A stretch of 64,000 bases of DNA from Phoronis australis (GCA_002633005.1 NMRA01000986.1:2411-66410); one strand, 5' to 3'; positions 23,850-38,700 are shown, counted from the first letter of the stretch. Numbers and translations: made by a program. The notes: generated by a model not told the origin, from the sequence alone.

Positions 23850-26800
23850 TGATTTGAGGCACAACGCCTGTATAATTTTTGCTGAGATAGGAATCGTTAT
23901 TGACCTGCCGACTAGACTGCGCGGCTGACCAACGTACATGTACATGTAGGAGACCATTTCCGATGTGAAGTCAGCACATTTAGTAAAAGTTGCGAGAATT
24001 GCGAACTTTGAACCATTGTCCCACGAATTTGGAATCAGACCAAAGAAGTCAGGGCTTTCACTTGTTTGCTGAGACATTATCGCCTGCGTCACTGGCACGG
24101 GATCACAACACGACCCAGCCTTCTTCACTCAATGCTACTGCCCGTCTCGCATCCCGTCGTCCAACCAGACTTATTGATGCTCATCCAGTCGTGCCAATAT
24201 GTCGTGGGACGGGCTGGTGGGTGGCTGCCTAATGCCCTCAGCGAGTGTGTTCTATTGAGATTTGTAGCGGCGAATGAGACAGCATTTGTGGAAGGAGAGA
24301 CTGGATTTCAGCTTGGGTCTGTTGATGACGTAGTGGAGGGAAGGGGGGTAGGAGCAACCGTAGATTATATTCTGACAAAACTACGTTATGCCATTGGTCT
24401 CCAATAGAATGTTTGCATTGACAGAGTACTGGTGAAGAGGTTATTTGATTAGAGAAGAGGATGGAGATCCCGTTCTATTTTGCTAATTCAGTAGTAAATA
24501 CAGGTACATGTATTGTGGCAATAATACGTTCAATTTTGACGGTGGATGTGATGCCATTTTACAATGATGAAAAGATAGCCCGAGTTTGAAGTCAAATGGG
24601 TTGGTGCTGTTTATGAGGTAGCTTTAGTCGTATATTTGGGCTCTCACTTCGACATTATGTGCTATAAGTGACGAATCGTATGCTGTATACAGTCGTATAC
24701 ATCACATTAATCTATCTGCTTCTGATCAGGTCTGAATAAAAATTCAAACCTGTTTCGCCCAAATCAACCGAACCACTAAAAGCCACGGACTCAGTAAATT
24801 TGTTTCACAAATTATCTCGCAAATTTTACTCACTAGCTGTAACGACTTTTACATGACTAAGGACTGATGGTTAATCCATATGCTGAGAAAAAAACAGGCA
24901 AAATCCTTCATCCCTGCACAAAATTTCTCGTGGGCTCCAGTTCCTTTTTCTCAATGCACTTGATAATGTGTCTTTCATTGGTTGAAAAATAGTGGAAACA
25001 TTAGGAAGAGTCAATCAGCAGGTACAATGAATCATTGTGATTGGTGCAATTTTTAAATAGAATGGCTTAAAATAATATTTTTTCAAAATACCCACCATCG
25101 ATTGGATATTAGCAATACAAGATTTGTGCTGATGAAAGTTCTGGTCGGCAGAAGTTTCCAATCTTTTTGACAGATCAAAATATTGCGGCGGACATTGAAA
25201 CGACTTCCAGGTCGAATGGAAGGGAGAATAGAATTCTAAAACCATTCCGGAATCAAAATTGAACTGTTATCTCTCTGAGTACCCAGGTTTCATGTTGAGG
25301 ATCTGTTTGGGCCCTTAGTGCCAAGCGTATATGTCACGTTTTGATCATTCATGGACATGAATACAAAACTGACTGATGGAGATTTATAAAGATAATTAAC
25401 CTATGCCTACGTACCCGGATGTTAAAAGCTGGAGGTATGCGGAAACAAAGACACTTCTGGCCTTAGATTAGTGGTTTTGCTTATCGCCAATAGATGCCGC
25501 TGTAAACACTAGAAGCTTCAACGTGGGTATTACGCAGTCCAACTCTACCAGATTCTGGGCAGTTGTATTGACTTAAACAAATAATACGTTTATTGGCACT
25601 TTAAAAATTCTCTTCTATGACCGTTGAATTAAATCAGAAGTTTTATAAGCAATGTGGTATGATGTGAACTTTACTGTCACTGTTTATGTTGTATTCCGCG
25701 CGCTCTTTGGTCCTTCTTCCCATGCTGTCGGCAGCAAGTAAGTTCAAGAACGTTTTACCATCTCTAGAGAAGTATTTTACCTGTTAGGTCATACAAAGTG
25801 TTATAGGTTTTTTGTCGTTTCACACTAGGACAGATTTATTTTGCACTCCAACATGTTCACTTTGCAATAACAGTAACACTAAATCCTTGCGTTTATTACT
25901 TGCAATGTCTGGTCTTGGAAAAAACATTGTTAGTGAACATTGTTTAGCAAATACCTTGGAAGGTGGACTAGAACTGGTAATATTGTCACCCATTGGTGTA
26001 CATCTGTTGGGATGTGTGAAATGCCAATTTGAGCTGGTGCATGAAGCTATTTAAACAGTGCACTCCGTGTAGTTCTCGAATAATTTCTTGAGTGTTGTGT
26101 GTGTGTTGTCCCGAAAACTTGTTTGAGTTCCTGTAAATTATTAAATACCCCTTTATCCAATTCCTGATGTCATGACGATTACTGTTTTCTTGTCCAGTTG
26201 TTTACAGTTGTTGTTATTTTTGTTTTACAATGCTTGTTGACACTTGGCTTTGTTGTTGGGATTCTTGCTGATGTATTTATTGTTGTTACTGTTGTTGTTG
26301 TTTTTGAGGTTCTTATTGATGTCTTCTTGTTGGTGTTGTCATGAGAGTGTGCGCGTGGGTATGTGTGCGTATGTTCAATAATTTGGTTATTACTTGTGTT
26401 GAACAGATACCATGTCTTGTTACCGCTCAATAGTGTTGAAACATGTTCACCGGCTATGAGGATTACTGGTTATTACAAACTTTAGTGATCAAACTCTAGG
26501 TTGTTGTCAATGATAGTGTTTCTGTTGTTGATGTTACTGTTGTCGCTGTCGATGTTGTTGAGTTTCTTGCTGATGTCTTGTTGTTGGTGTCGTCACGTGA
26601 CTGTGCGTATGTGCCTGCATGCGCTTTTGTGTGAATATATTCAATTGTTTAATTAGTACTTGTGTTGTTACTATTAGTTGTTACCGCTCAATAGTGATGG
26701 CTTGTGTTCACGTGCTATGTGGGTTGGAAGTTACCTACTGTTAGAGATCAAACTTTAGGTATGTACACCTAGGTGTCCTATAGCATAAAGTGGTCTTGCC

Positions 26801-29800
26801 GCTGAAGAATATCACACTTCTCCAAACTTGTACCTGATGTAAGTGTCTTTGAATGTGTAGACTGGAAATTATCCTGCATACTTAGACTGGACATTATATT
26901 TCATACTTACTTATAAATGTACAACTTATCTCTGCAGCGCGATATCAGTCTCCTTCAAACTGTATTAAACAATGTTTCTCTTTCAAAACAAAGTTCCGTT
27001 CTTAAAATTTCCTGTTTTGAGCTGTGACCTTGATTGCCATGGTTAGTTTAATGAAAAAAACAAAAACTATCAGTTCATTTCAAGTTCTGAAATAACATGC
27101 AGTATAATCAAAATCTATTGAGATCAGAAGAATACTCCCAAACTTTTTCGCGAGCGAGTTCAAATCCTGTAATGAGCGCGTGAATCTGCGATAATTGCAA
27201 ACCAAGGTGAATGGCAACAGTTGAATGCGTGCGTTGCAATAAAAGCCAATCATGTCAACATACCATTATGACCAGCGCAAGGTTCTATAAACTATGTGGT
27301 GAGCAAGAAATCATTAATTTATACAAAAATACCTGCAACTATGTCTCTCTTGTTACATTAATTTTGATAGAAACTCTAGTTTGGGCCTGTGACCGTGAAT
27401 GTTAATGGAAATAGTTCAGGAGGAACAAGCCTCTGTGCTATTAAAGTTTTCCTGTAAGTTCATGTGGTCGTTCACTGACTGAACTGCAGTCAGAGGGTTT
27501 AAGAGTTATTCTGTGGATGCTGGTGTTCGTGGTCTAAACTTCCTCCCTATACATTACCTATCGCCAGTAACTAGTTAAATCTGCAATTCGCCGTGCATGG
27601 GTGGCTGAAAGAGGAAAACTCAGTTGTGTGACTTCAAGGTAATGGGACCGGGTATTCTATGTGACTGACGTAGTATGTAGCCCGACTCACGGGGGAAAGT
27701 TCTCCCGACCTTCCACACGGCCCAACAGGCTTTTATTTTGGCCTGATCTAATATTGGCGAACAGAACGTCAAGTGTTATTGAATAATAAATTAAATCACA
27801 TGTGCATTTAGGGCTACACAGTTTCAAATGATTAACATGAGGCAATTGACGCGCAGTCCCTTGCACTGCAGTATCAAAAATGGTCACAAACACAGATATG
27901 ACACCTTTTCATTTGAAACGGACTTTTCTCAAATAAATGAGGTTGGAAAATAGTAAATTAGATAATATATAAGGTCTTGACCAGAGAATATAACAATGCA
28001 ATTATCGGTGCATATATATCTTATATACAGAATCGATATTGCTCCTATACATACATTTGCACACCATACACAGCCCACACACCATTTACAAACCTACATG
28101 GCACATATCACTTATATTAGTCGCATAACACCTTTAAAATCACTTTTTGCATCAACGGATGCGACACCAAATGTTGCTATATACATGTACATCGTCTGTG
28201 TCAACAGGCCGATTGACACAGCTTTTCTAAAACTGCAATTTCCTAGGCTGTACTTTCTCACGTTTTACTCTCTGTAATGTCCAGCATGACTTCTTGGCGC
28301 TCGCGCTTCCCCCTGCAATAAATGGCCAGTTCAATAGCAGTCTGAACTGGTAGAAAAATGCCGTTTATTAGTATAGTACTCAATTTAAGTTTCATTTCAC
28401 TTAGACAAACATGTACACAATTTAAACTGATATTTACACGAGTCTGGTGATTCCGACCTAAAATGCCCCTGCCAATATGACGTCTAGTTAAACATTCATT
28501 TGACGGAGAAATAACCTGCATTCGATCTTAACCGGTCAAATCTTGGTAAAAATTGTGGATTTCGTGATTTTCTGAGGCGTTTCGAATCACTTGACGGGTC
28601 AGGAATACTTTAAAACAGTTTGTTTGGGCTATGTGACCTAGCTTTGGTTTCATTTTCTTACTTTGTTTTTTTATGATCAGATATTCCATATTCAAAGACT
28701 GGCTTCATTACACAAACTCTATTCTAAATTTTTAGATTCCATGGATTGTTGCTTGACCTCAAATGTCTTTTCAACTACAGGCAATCATTTTGAACAATAC
28801 TCCAGTGATGATTTTCTAAAATACCCATTCCTTTGACGATTGTATTACCTTGGCCTGCCACTAGGTGGCTCTAAGCGTCACCAGTTTGCCTGGCAATATA
28901 TAGGCTGACTGTCCGTGGTGACCTGTTTGCCTCTAAAGCTGACACCTACAAATAACACGAAGAGGAATTGATGCCGATAATTTCTAATAATTGACTTGAT
29001 TTCGATTAACGATTTATGATACCACTGTACATTGCAAAGGTGTTGCGGTTCACATTGCAGTAGCTTACGAGCACCTTGGAACCTTCGTCTTTGTTCGGTT
29101 CACATACTGTTAATAAAACCTACTTGTAAGATCAGACAGCTGAGTTGTTATTCCAAAAACCCAAAAATCATTGCCAACCAACGCACAGCTCTGTGTTGCC
29201 CTTGTCATTACTGAAAAAACAACTTGAAACTAAACGTTTACCTTCGTTACTGAGGATCAAAACTTTATATAGCCTCATTAATATTAATTGCACACCCATG
29301 TATTTTTATTTTTTAAAAATCCATGATCCTCAAAAAATCTTATCACTAGAACAAAATAACAACGTACTTTTTGTTTAAATATTTTCTTTTCACAGACTTC
29401 GCCGTAATGCTCAAACATGGTGGTTGGTCAAATGTATTGGGGTCAGAATTCATTCAAAAAGACGCTAGTCTATTTTGGCAGTTCTGAGGGTAAAACACTT
29501 GTAAGACGACTGCAGAGACGCATATTTGTAGTAGTAGAATAAAGGATACTGAAGAGAATGTACATGTAATTTGAGTGAAAGTTAACAAAAATAAACGATA
29601 CACACACAGTAAGCTAACGACCATAATAACATGGCAAAATTTGGTTTGATACAAATATTCAAGTTAGAATCTCAGAAAAACCACTCCAGTTTTCTGAATA
29701 ATTATTTTGTTTTCGTACAATTTTACATGTTTTCATAAAAACAATAAAACTATTTTAATAGACTTCCATGCAAAAAGGCTAGAACATGGCGCGCTAAAAC

Positions 29801-31188
29801 TAGGAACGCTTCATATCAATTCAGTCTGAAATTTCTGAAACCCGATGTTCCTAAATTTGCCACATTTGGACACTTTTCTGGCCTTCAACATCATCTGGTA
29901 TGCTTATTTACCACGGGAATGAGCTCTGCAATTTCAAGCATTGCGGCTATTCATTATGTAAAACCGAAGGTGTTCCTTGAAAAAACAGATCTGAATTTTT
30001 GACAGTTTTCAGTGTAAAGGCACTTGAAAAAATCCCAGACGCGGTGTCGTAGGTGGTATAATAATTAAAAAAGAATTTACAAATTTTATACTAAGCAAAT
30101 CATGTTTGTGGAATTTACAGCGAACAATGTCAAAATTCGTTTTTGAGAAAAACAACGCTGGCATGGTTTTTGTGCACATAATAGACTCTGAGAATCATTG
30201 ATTTTCAAAATATGACATTCATTGGGTCTAATATCAATACTTCAAAGTTTTATTTGATAACTCCGATCTTTTCAAACGCTTTCTCACCGCAACGGTCTGT
30301 TGGATGAGCTATGAGTCGACCAGCCTCTGTTCGCTGACTGCAGACTGGCGCGTAGTATGGCGTACCTGTAGGAACATAATTCAATTACAACGTGTGTTTA
30401 TTCAACATTTGAATGAGCAAAACGTGGTTTAATGAATGTAACAAGTAAAAAAATTGTGCTTGTCAAGTGACACGTTCTAAATGTGTTGATTTGGTATGAT
30501 TTATCTGTACTATAAAGGCAGCGAAAGTATACTTTAACTCTGTGAAAGTACACACTTTCTGGAAAATGCCAGACGTAATACCAATCTGCCATCAGAAGGG
30601 TCACGTGAGTCGTGTAACTGAAATTTTGCAAAAAAGAAAGGTGCACCTATAAAAACTAACGGCTTCAATAACAAGACTCGGTTCAGTTAGGTAAATAGGT
30701 AAGATGAAATTCCCAATAAGCCGTTACAGTTTCCTGAATTCTCATTTTCCTTTCCGTTGTCTTACAACCTTTCATTTTATCATAAAAATAACAAAACCAA
30801 TATTTTGATAGCCCTGTATGCAAACAGGAACAATTCCTAAACGATTTTTGGGAGTAGTGCTTAAAGTACGGTATGTGGAATTTTCGTATGAACCCAATGA
30901 GCCGTATTTGAAAAACGATATTCCAAGATTTACCATATTTGTACATTGATCTAGAGTCCCAGACAAACTTACTGCACCGGGAAATTCGCGCCTGTGTTAG
31001 GCATATGACGTTGTTTGCCACTGCCGATCCATATTGATGTCGCAACCTTCTCATTATACCGTGTAGTTTGTCATGATCCCTGGCTGTGGTTAAGCCCTGC
31101 TCTTGTAGCTTCGCGATAATAATCTCGAACTTGTGTAGCAATATCGTGGGCTGTCGTCTGTCCGTCATCTTTCAATTGCTCGAATCAC
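23850..31188 (-). pseudogene. Decayed or non-coding multi-exon locus with possible extracellular-domain relics
   Basis: Minus-strand acceptor/donor pairs at 31188-30973, 30365-30288, 28945-28849 and 26959-26911, plus an acceptor at 30646. Thr-rich stretches with stops; YWHDWMSIN..TGCET (WxxW-like) at ~24150-24200. Confidence 0.35.
26230..26760 (-). repeat. ~260-bp tandem duplication of CAA/ACA-rich (Thr-rich) sequence
   Basis: Blocks ttaccgctcaatagtg, gatcaaact(c/t)taggt and ttgttggtgt(t/c)gtca each occur twice about 260 bp apart. Confidence 0.75.
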
Positions 31189-32463
31189 CTGTAAAAACAA
31201 TAAAAAGAAATTTCTATAGATTATTAACCTGTAACGACTCAGTTGTAGAGTAGATTGTCAGCATATAGGCATTGGGCTGGAGAGTACAATTGCATGTCGA
31301 TTGTAAACCTGTAACTATCAGTTCGGATAATGCGTTTACAGGGGTCATATGCCTATAACCATTTAGTATGATAGTACATGTAAAATTATAAGCTTCTAAC
31401 AAATGAGTTGAAGAGTACATATAATCGATTGTGCTTTACACCGCCCCATCGGTCACCGTTTGCCAGGCCCTGCATCCGTTTCGCGTTTTGCTATTCGGTT
31501 TTCTCAAAATCATGAAGTAGCGATTAAACATCCGAACAATAGTGCCTGTATGAGAACCACCTTGATGCTCGTAATTTAGGGGCGAAAACTGGCTCTCAAT
31601 GTGCTCGGGCGGCAATATTTGTTTAGTGGGACAGTGAATCGCAACATATGCGTTTCTGTTTCCTGCCGTGATTAAGCCTCATCGTGTCACGTGATGTGCG
31701 TCCGTCCAGGCATCTACAATTAGTAACTTATAGTGAATGTCTCCTTGTTCCCTGGCGATAGGTCGTCATTAGTTGTATGCAGTGATCTCAGCCAAGCAAA
31801 TGTTTCTCCTAACTAGATAAAAATATTCTCAGAGAAAGAGTCGGCACTAACAACGTTAGCGACAGTCCCGCTTTTTGAAAAGAGTAACACTTGAGGCATC
31901 GATGATATGTTCCGCTCACGGAGATGGGACACCAAATGCGCACCGCGTTTTCATTATAAAGTTACACATGTCCGCCAGCTTGTTTGCCCCATTTACCCTA
32001 TATACCACGATCAACTATAAAAACGCCGTGCATATGGTGTTTCTTTGTGTTAATTCGGAGGACACTTGCGGTTAATACGATACTCACAGAGGCTGGGTAA
32101 TGACGTTATTGTTAATCCCCTTGTTGTATTGTGATTGGTTTAGCAACTGGACTGTAAGTCACATGACCTTTCAAACACTCACCTTCAGCCTACCCCAGAC
32201 TCTAGTTCGGAATGTGACTAGGGAATGCGGAGTGCACTGAACACTTAGAGTTGAGTCAACTAACGACTCGTGTGTGCATCATGTTTGCATACCGGTCATT
32301 CCACATTCGGCCACTTAAAATATGTAACTCTACTTTGTTTTTAACATTTTACACATCGGTAAGCTCCAAAATATTGTTGCATTGAAAGGGGCATGTGTCG
32401 TCAATGCTTCTCATTTGGGAGCCAGTTCCCTTAAAGAAATACATGTTTATTCTGTGGAAACAA

Positions 32464-35400
32464 TAGTCGGTGGGCCAGATCTCATAGCGTTCATCCTTGT
32501 GAGTACTTTGGGGGGGGCAACCTAGTTTTTTCTATGTGGCTAGATAATATACCTATAAATCAAATTCCAAAAAGTTCCCACGTCTACACTTGCACATTTT
32601 TTTTTAAAAAAGGTGTTTTTGTTACACAAAATATGATGCACATTCCTGCCACTTGATGGCGCTTTTCTATTAAATTGACCAATCAGAGAGCCAGATTGTA
32701 TTGTTGTGCTTAGTTACTTCAATATGGCTGCTCCCATGGAGTGTGATGCCTGTATATTTCAAGGTTTATCAAACAGCACAAAATTGTGATGTCAGAGCCT
32801 AAAGAAGCTTAGGAAAGCTTCCTGACGAAAGCTGATTGACTGTGGAACTCTGTAGATCAGTAGATCAAAAAGAAGAAGAGGTGTCACAAACGTTTGTGCA
32901 GAAAACAGCTGCATGTCCTGGTAGCCTACACAGTATACTGCTGAGTGCTGTAGACTAGAAGAGCAAGTGTCAGACCAAAAAATTGAAAGGACATAGAACG
33001 GCATAGCAACGTTTCAAGGCACCAACAGTAGTACTAAAGCTGAAGTTGCTGAAAGTGATACAGATGTTATCCAAGATTTCCCAAGAAAATCAATTACTTC
33101 CAAAATCTGAAACACCCAATTAACCTGAACAAGATAGGAACATTCTGAAACATGAGTGCATCATTTGTTAGCAGGAAAAGTACATTATGGGCCACATTTC
33201 AAGAAAGAGAAAGAAGTATAGCTTTCAAAAACAGGTACGTGTTTTTTAAAAATACATCTTGGTGTTTTCCATGTGTGTTTCAGTATTATCACCAGTTGTT
33301 TTTTAACTTGTTCAGCCCCTTGGCTGCCTAGGCCTTAGACAATACTGCTGACCCAGTATAGACGATGATCATACCATAGGTACTTCATATGCCGGATACT
33401 TTTTGGCAAATTATGTTCCTATAAGTTTAGAAGTACCGCGTAGAGAGATGTCTCTGAGGAGGTCGTTAATGTTTTCATTTGTTCCCATTTTAAACAAATA
33501 CTCCTGCAATCCTGTTTTTCGAACACTCCAATCAGTTGCCACATCGACACTGCTTGTGCTAAGGGATAATCCTATGGCGTTATACTGTGGGTGTGATTTT
33601 AAAGCACTTTAAGTCAAAAATTTTTGAGAAGGTTTAATGGAGTAGATGGTTGCAAACAACATGCCCAAGTGGCCGTCATCCCCTGCCGTAGTCTCAATGT
33701 TTTGTAAACATTAATTACGTAGGTAACTGCAATGATAATTAAATTAATGTGCCTAAGTGGCCATCGTCGCCGTCGAAATTTGAGGACGATGGAAGCCACT
33801 GTCCATTTCGTCAAACGTCGATTACCTGAAGTGTAAATCGATTGACTATGGTTCGAGCATCTGATTTAAAAAAATTAAATTTCAATCACTGCACAGGTAT
33901 ATCAGCTGATTTATTTTCAGTTGCATCTACTGATCTAATTACTAGACGATCAACATTATTAGGCTACAGATCAGACGGCATGTAAATTTGTTAGGCTGGT
34001 GGTGGATCAGTTCCTGATAAGTTCGTCTGAAAAAGTTGCATGCCAACTCACTCATAGTTGAATGTTAAATTAGTGTTAACACTTCGGGTTTTTTTTAGTT
34101 GGACTTGTATCGCAAGCAACAGCTCAGTCCAGAGCCCTGAATATGCAAAGACCTTGTGTCTTAGAAGCCAAGTACCACAGATCATCATGCTATAAAAAAT
34201 AGAAAGACAAAGATTGTGAAGAGTGACGAATTCAGTTTTCAGAGATGTTTTTCTGCAGTTTTGTTTGGGGTTCAATGAATCGAAGCTTCTAACACAAGGA
34301 GATGTCATTTGCCTATCAAAACGAAAGCAAGATTTTGAAGCTGTTCTTCAAAAAGCTGGTGTGCATGAAGTTATTTGGACAGGCAATCTTAAGAAATATT
34401 GTTGAAGCTACTCACTGTTGTAGTTTGTGCCCGACTAAGAGATACGAAAGTGAATTTAGGCTAGTGTTCAGTAATTCACTTGCTGACTCTAATTAACACA
34501 GCCCATTATAACATATTTTGAATCAAGCATTTGCCCAAATAGTGCCCGCTTCCAAACAAGGACTTAGTGTTTGACCCTTCGTTGCCTGCGGGCTAATCAC
34601 CAGTGTGCAGTGCTGTACCTTCTCTAATCGACCATAGTTGGCTCCTTGGTGGTGGAGCTTTGCAGTTAATATGTATGGCAATGACCGCATCTCCATTGAC
34701 AGTACTAAACGATGAACGCTGCAAGTGCAAAAAGAACAGGTGTGCTGGGAAACTGAGTTTGTGCTGCAATGCTGGGTCAAACTTTACAGAAATGTGCAGC
34801 TGTGACAACTGTAGTAAGTTCAGCAACACTGACTGCATAACATTGTATAGTTCTTTGACAAGTCAACCCTAAGTAGACCTCCAACCCCGTTATTTCCTTT
34901 TTTGTATTAAAAAGTTAATTTTATTTGTTGATTAAGTCATAGAAAGTACATACTTTGATCATTGTCATGTGTTTGTCTCATACTGCTTGATAAACGCTGT
35001 CAGAATAATCTATTATTTTCATACAGTCTTTGTGCACATTCACAGAGATCATTCAGCTATATTGTTTTTGTACTATAACGTATTTCTGGTGTATTATGCA
35101 AACAAGCTGTATTTTACACCATTAGTCAATAATTTAGTCATTGAGGCACAAGTTTTGCCCAGTCTCAAGTGTTTTGTGTTATTTTTGTTGCCTGACAATG
35201 CCAGAATAACTTCCTAGCAACATTCAGACTTAATTTGCATTTTTGCCACTAGGTGTCTCTTTAGTTTTTTAAATTTCACTGTTTACAATTAATTTACAAT
35301 AGTAAAACATGTAATGTGAGTGTAATATTGTTCAATACAATGGCACTGATGGGACCATACTACTTGTTTTACAAAAAATCAACAAAACTGTTGTTTTTAC

Positions 35401-35607
35401 AAATATGAGTTTACTAAGCTCTTTGGTGATTATTAGGTGACTTCAAACTCAAATTTCTCAAAAATGTGCAACTTTACATGTGGGAAATTTTTAGATTTTG
35501 AAAACACTCTAATAAATGAATTAAAAAACACCAAAATAAAATTGACCCCCTAAAGTACTCACAAAAACCATTTTCTAGAGGCCCTACAAAATCTGGCCCA
35601 CCGACTA
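32464..35607 (+). mobile_element. Degenerate Academ-like DNA transposon
   Basis: Perfect 17-bp TIR TAGTCGGTGGGCCAGAT / ATCTGGCCCACCGACTA, flanking 3-bp repeat CAA, subterminal gtgagtacttt inverted pair. Transposase relics ILKHECIIC (~33140) and DHSW...RCKCKKNRC..CC....EMCSCDNC (CXC-type Cys-rich C-terminus, 34630-34830). Confidence 0.85.
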
Positions 35608-35769
35608 CAAAGACTGTTTTTATCATGTGATATCTTGTGCCGCTCTTTAGATCATCAATCGTCTCAGTATCCGAGTAACCAGCACTAGGTTAGGCACCTA
35701 CCTGCTCTCACTTTTCTATAGAACTTTCAAGAAGTAATATTATATATGACCTACTGTCCTTCATTCCAC

Positions 35770-38700
35770 TTTTAGTTTCCTCATGCTTTAAAAGACTCAA
35801 CCTAGACCCAGTTAGACTCATATTAGGCTAGCTTGGTTTACTCTCTGCCGGCTCCCTAGACTCACCTTGGGTCCAATGGGATTGACTCTGGACGCATTAT
35901 CTTATGTGATACTCGCGATCAGCGAGAATCTATTGTGGAATCTGGGTGCAAATGGCTTCAAATACTTGCTTAGCAAGTCCGCAACCAAACGAACTAATTC
36001 CGTCAGTAGAGTTATATCACGTGTTCGGGTCACCCATTTTAGAAACTAGTCTTCCCGTTGACGTGAGGAATCTGGGCATCAGTTAAATGCTCAGAACGTC
36101 AGACATTTACGTGTAAGTTGCTACAGTACGTAGCGCTTACCCTCGATACGGCTAAAAATTGTGCACGGGTCTTGTATGTTAGTATTTGCCTTGAATTAAA
36201 ATGATAAATCACTCATTTGCGATGTTTTCGTTCGTTTCGTTAATGTTGTCTAAGAGATACCTTATAATTTCTGGTCCCATTGAAATATCATATAATTTAT
36301 CTTTATTTGTAATGGGAAACCAATATTTCACTAAAGGCTTTTCATGAGGACCATTCCACCCTCATAAAAATTCGCTTACCTGAAATGACCAACACTTATT
36401 ACTTGGCTTCGTAGTCAGTTTTAAATGTGTCAGCAAGCTTGTTCTTTCCCCATTATACAGTACGTTGATTAGATACTGAAGCCCTGGACATGTCACGTGT
36501 TTAAAAGACTTCACTTCATTCTGACTAGACTCAGAGCGCGTTAGGATACTCGAGAGTATCTATACTACAGAGGCGCAAACTCGGATATCTCCCCATCTGA
36601 ACTTCCATCTCAGTAACTATTATTATCGCGGTTAAAAGTGTCAGTGCAAAAGTTGATTGGGGAGTACCCTCTGCTTAATTTTATGGTGTACGTCGGCAAC
36701 ATTTGCATGAAATAAAAAACAAAATCTCAGCACAAAATGCACTGTAACGGTTGGCCGACATCCCGAATAGCAGCAATCTTAATAAACAATTCGAATTAAA
36801 ATTCTAATTCGTGGTATTGACATTGTTTTAGAAAGTTTGCAGTCTCGCAACGAGTTTCTTGTCTTCCAAACAGATACTGGTGTAGGGCTACAGTGTACAG
36901 TAGTTTACGTTTACCGACGTCATTATCGTGATGGTTGAACTTGTTATACAGCAAAGGACGGAAGATAACATGAAATTTTCGCAGGCACCCTACACGTGAT
37001 GGCACACCAGTGGAAATCTATCAAAAATCTAAATGTTTGAAAAGTCATGTTTGCTAAGCTAAGAGTCTGCCGTATTCTCCACCGGCTCTATTACAAACTG
37101 ATAACCACGGCAGGAAATTGACGTGGCCACTTCAAAGTATTAATTCATTCAAATTTGTTATTTCGTTAAATTGTATCGTCACACTATTTTAACACATTAT
37201 TATATCGGCTTAAAAGCCAGTATCATATCCTTATTTCGGGGATTGGTAAGTACGAAATCATTCACGATTTTGTTGATGTACAATGATCTAATTTGCGCTA
37301 ACTCTGCTAAAATTAATCTAGATCTTGTCTTAAATATAAAAATTCCAGAGCAGATAAAACTCACCAGAAATGACGAGTGCATGCAATTCCTTTCACAGAC
37401 CCTCTGCGACTCGCGTGTGTTTACACTGGTTATTAGAGTACTGCCGGTTTCTGCGTATTATGATTGGCTACCCTGATGTGCCATTGCTCTAAGCTGAATA
37501 ATCAATCGTTCATGCTTCACATGTCTTGTCAAATCACACAAAAACACAAGTCCTTGCTTATCTTGAGACGAATATCATTTTTGTTATGTTTAATGTGCCT
37601 AATATGCCACCGTCTGGAATGTATCGAGCTTGTATACAGTGGAATGGTTGCGTGTTTCGCATTGTTATTCGTCGGTTCATGCTTCAAAAAGGCTCACCTT
37701 GTGCCAATTAGACCCATTCCGGGCCAGTTAGACTAACCCTCGGCCTATCTATACTCACCTTGGGTCCAAGGCTATTCATTCTGGGAGTAGTGTGTGAGAT
37801 TACCGCCCATAGAGAGCGACACTTCGGGGTCGTAATGGTAAGCAGTTTTCAAATACTTGCCTAGTGTGTCAATTGTCAAAACCTTGCTTACAAAGTGATT
37901 CCGCCAGTATAGCCATGTCGCGTTTTTTGATCAATTTATTTTTTGAAACTAGTTTTCTAGCTGATATAGTCGAATTGAACATCATTTTTAATGCTCGGAA
38001 TAGTTGACCATTCAAAAAACGAACAACTTTCTTCATTAAATCTGATTATTTTCTAATTCATGATGTTAACATTGTTACTGAAGGTTTTGTAGCCTCCCAA
38101 CGTGCCTGTCTTGTCTTGAATACAGTTACATTCCTCAACGGTGTGAGATAGTGTACTTTGGTTTTGTATAATGACAAACATGTATTATAGCAATGTTCAG
38201 AACATAACACAAACTTGTCGCTGGCACTGTATACTTGATGACAAGTCATTGGAAATTGATCAAAAAATGTTTGAAAAGGTTGGTTTATCTGCGAATAAAC
38301 TGCATTCATAAAATTGTATATCTCACTCATATACATGCATCTGCAAGTGTTATACTCACGGGATGAGTTGTACTCATAAACATTTTTCCGGTGTGTAAAC
38401 TTGATTTTAACCGGTGTAGTCGTATGAGGCACTTTGAGACTCACAACCGCATTAAGCAGGGGATCACGTGATCACTGCAAAGGGTGATCAATTCAACGAT
38501 TGTGATTTTGTTCAGTTGCGTCGTAAAACTATTTTAATAAATTATAATCTCAGACTAAAACGAATTGTCTTGTGTGTGTGTATGCAGAACTCCTCTAAGT
38601 AGCATTTTATTCGTAGTTTAATGTCACGCAATCATCTAATTTATCATCCTCTCCTGAAATCAATCTAGATCTCCTTTTATCAATAAAAATGCTACAGCTG

